This document shows, one piece after another, positions 15,169 through 17,300 of a stretch of 17,300 nt of DNA. Where the stretch lies: contig JAGLPV010000004.1 of NCBI GenBank assembly GCA_023137195.1, forward strand, positions 1-17,300. The letters are read 5' to 3'. Numbering within the stretch: the stretch's first letter is position 1; the number at the start of each line of letters is the position of its first letter. Position numbers and translations under genes: made by a program. Under the pieces are notes generated by a model, which was not told the origin of the DNA, made no database searches, and saw only the letters and a list, made by a program, of their open reading frames with translations. Source of the stretch: Candidatus Aenigmatarchaeota archaeon (lineage in GTDB: Archaea > EX4484-52).

Positions 15169-16065
15169 ATGAAACCCGACCCTGCCTTAGTCCCCAGCAA
15201 ACAATTCCTGATTCTTGAAGCTCAAAAAAAAGTCCAGCAATTGACCGAAGTATTCCGATTCATCCTGAAGTTCAAAAGAATATCAAGCAGCGGGATGGAA
15301 TTTTATGGACTAAGAAAATACTCAGAAAGCGACGACGCATCAAAAATAGACTGGAAAACAAGCGTCAGGATGGGAACCCTATACGTAAAACAATACGAAG
15401 AAGAACTTGACCTCGGAACCTTTTTCATCGTCGATGCCTCGGATTCCATGATGTTTGGAACAAAAAATATGCTTAAATCTAATTACGCAGGAATCGTAAC
15501 CGCCACCCTTGCCTTTGCCGGAACAGAATCAAGAACTGCCGTTGGTCTGTCCATCTTCAACGACAAGCAGCTTGTACTCCCTATGGAAAAGGGCGCCCTC
15601 CAGTATTATAAGATGGTTGATGCCCTCTCGAACCCAAATAATTACTTCGGACCATGCCGCATGGCAAAAGCAATAAATAATGCATTCGCCTCTTTATCTG
15701 ATAGGACTCTTCTTATTATCGTTTCTGACTTCATTAATATAGAAGGAAATTGGATTAGTGCAATAAAACAGGCAAGCACAAAATTTGAAGCAGTCATAGG
15801 TATTATGGTAAGAGACCCTATTGACAAAAAACTCCCGAAAGGAATAGGAACTATGAGAGTAAGCGACATTTTTTCATCACAGGTAACAGAAGTAAACGCC
15901 TCAAAAATAGCAGACAAATACGAAGAAGAAGTCAGGAAGCAGGAAGAGCACATAGCAAATGAATTCAAGAATCTCGGGGCTGGTTTCATAAATGTTGTTA
16001 CAACCGAGGATTACATACCTCCTTTGATGAAGTTCTTTAATCTATGGGCCTCAAGAAGAACATAA
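15169..16065 (+). CDS. DUF58 domain protein with vWA-like MIDAS motif
   Basis: GMEFYGLRKY...DDASKIDWK.S.R...LYVKQYEEE, IVDASDSMMFG (DxSxS), IIVSDF, VRDP. Confidence 0.92.
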   Translation: MKPDPALVPSKQFLILEAQKKVQQLTEVFRFILKFKRISSSGMEFYGLRKYSESDDASKIDWKTSVRMGTLYVKQYEEELDLGTFFIVDASDSMMFGTKNMLKSNYAGIVTATLAFAGTESRTAVGLSIFNDKQLVLPMEKGALQYYKMVDALSNPNNYFGPCRMAKAINNAFASLSDRTLLIIVSDFINIEGNWISAIKQASTKFEAVIGIMVRDPIDKKLPKGIGTMRVSDIFSSQVTEVNASKIADKYEEEVRKQEEHIANEFKNLGAGFINVVTTEDYIPPLMKFFNLWASRRT

Positions 16066-16077
16066 ACAAGGAAAATT

Positions 16078-17244
16078 ATGATAATTGGCATAGGAAAAGA
16101 AATAAAAAAAGATGAAAGTCGTGTTGGTTTAACGCCAAAAAAAGTCAAAATACTAATCGAAAATAATCATACCGTGCTCGTAGAAAAAGATGCCGGGATA
16201 TTATCCTCTTTCTCAAACGAGGATTATATAAATGTCGGCGCTCGTATTGTTGAAAAACCAGAACTTTATTCTAAAGCAGAGCTGATTATAAAAGTCAAGA
16301 ACCTTTTTCCCGAAGAAGTTAACCTGCTAAGTGAAAATCAGATTATCTTTACTTATCTCCCTTTAGACGAAAACGCAACACCTCAATTTTCAAAGAATCT
16401 CACTAAAACCAAAGTCAATATAATTGCCTATGAATGGGTCTGCGATAAAGGAGTTTACGTGCTTCTAAAACCAATGAGTGAGTTAACCGGTTTAATCTCT
16501 GCTCAACGCTCATTGGAAATACTAACTGGAAAAAAAGGAATTATTGGAGGAGGTTATATTACTCCTATAAAAGCACCGCAAATCATAGTAATTGGAGTAG
16601 GAATAATTGGTGCAAATGCAATTAATGTTTATTTAAGAAATAACTGCAAAATAAAAATCTTTGATAAACATCCTCAAACAGTTGAAAAGAGATTGACCAA
16701 TTACATACCAGAAGAAATAATAAACTACCATAAAAACAATATACAAATTCTTCAATCCAGTGAAGCCAACTGGCATGAAACTCAATCAGATTTGAAAAAA
16801 CATTTACTCAATACAGATATTCTTATAAACTGCGCTGTAAGAAGACCAACCATGCCAAAAGAAAACTGCAACTACTTGATTACTAAAACAATGATAAATT
16901 TAATGCCAAAAAATGGAGTAGTAATAGATGCCACTGCACGCAACAAAGATATTATTGAAACAGCAGTCTCCTCTCCAAAATTACACCATATTTACAAAAA
17001 AGAAGACCAGTGGCATTATAATTGCAATCATATTCCTGCTTTAGTGCCCATTACAGCTACAAAAATGCTGACTGAAGCAACATTTCCTTATATTCTCCAG
17101 ACAGCAAACAAAGGTTTCATCAAAGCAGTAAAAGAAAACAAAGCATTATTGGCAGGGGTTGTGTGTGCTAAAGGAAAAATGGTGCATAAATATACCTGTG
17201 ATAAAAAGAAATTGAAGTACACCAATATTAAAGAAATGCTCTAA
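16078..17244 (+). CDS. Alanine dehydrogenase/PNT-fold NAD(P)-dependent oxidoreductase with an atypical active site
   Basis: IGIGKEIK.DESRVGLTP, VLVEKDAG..S.FSNEDY..VGA.I, AELIIKVK, IAYE.V, LLKPMSE.TG, Rossmann GVGIIG, P.TAT.MLT.AT.PY. The canonical catalytic His and Asp are not conserved (see findings). Confidence 0.85.
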   Translation: MIIGIGKEIKKDESRVGLTPKKVKILIENNHTVLVEKDAGILSSFSNEDYINVGARIVEKPELYSKAELIIKVKNLFPEEVNLLSENQIIFTYLPLDENATPQFSKNLTKTKVNIIAYEWVCDKGVYVLLKPMSELTGLISAQRSLEILTGKKGIIGGGYITPIKAPQIIVIGVGIIGANAINVYLRNNCKIKIFDKHPQTVEKRLTNYIPEEIINYHKNNIQILQSSEANWHETQSDLKKHLLNTDILINCAVRRPTMPKENCNYLITKTMINLMPKNGVVIDATARNKDIIETAVSSPKLHHIYKKEDQWHYNCNHIPALVPITATKMLTEATFPYILQTANKGFIKAVKENKALLAGVVCAKGKMVHKYTCDKKKLKYTNIKEML

Positions 17245-17300
17245 TTCGTAAGTTAATTTTTTAAAAAATTGAGAGCAATTTTCCAATTGATTCTAATTCA

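Noticed and set aside
1-17300. Alternative genetic code, tRNA/rRNA genes, transposases
   Set aside because: TAA, TAG and TGA all end genes at the expected positions. I recognised no cloverleaf, rRNA-like GC-rich stretch, or transposase/integrase motif by eye.

Overview
AT-rich archaeal chromosomal segment. Gene content, compact spacing and TATA-proximal (probably leaderless) starts suggest a DPANN/Nanobdellota-type genome; this assignment is inferred, not proven. Gene order: 3' part of RNA polymerase subunit B; a single fused RNA polymerase A'+A'' gene; DNA polymerase D small subunit (DP1); an AbiEi/AbiEii type IV toxin-antitoxin pair; rps15; corA; a membrane-anchored transglutaminase-like protein; a small minus-strand trio (coiled-coil protein, Trm112, PC4-like protein); a glutaredoxin; an orphan RelE-like gene; endonuclease IV; a stand-alone dnaK; a DUF58/vWA protein; and an alanine-dehydrogenase-fold enzyme. 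Most notable: (1) The RNA polymerase keeps NADFDGD but has clustered substitutions at normally near-invariant positions (bridge helix, F-loop, trigger loop, the RpoB His equivalent to E. coli beta H1237). It also has an unusually tight A'/A'' fusion and lacks the usual downstream genes, so it is a candidate divergent or specialised RNAP. (2) A structured non-coding repeat element (14967-15128) is built from triplets of 9-11 nt units in direct and inverted orientation. (3) The AlaDH homologue has both catalytic residues replaced. (4) DnaK carries the diderm-type insertion and has a perfect palindrome at its predicted transcription start. All motif comparisons are from remembered consensus sequences, not computed alignments.
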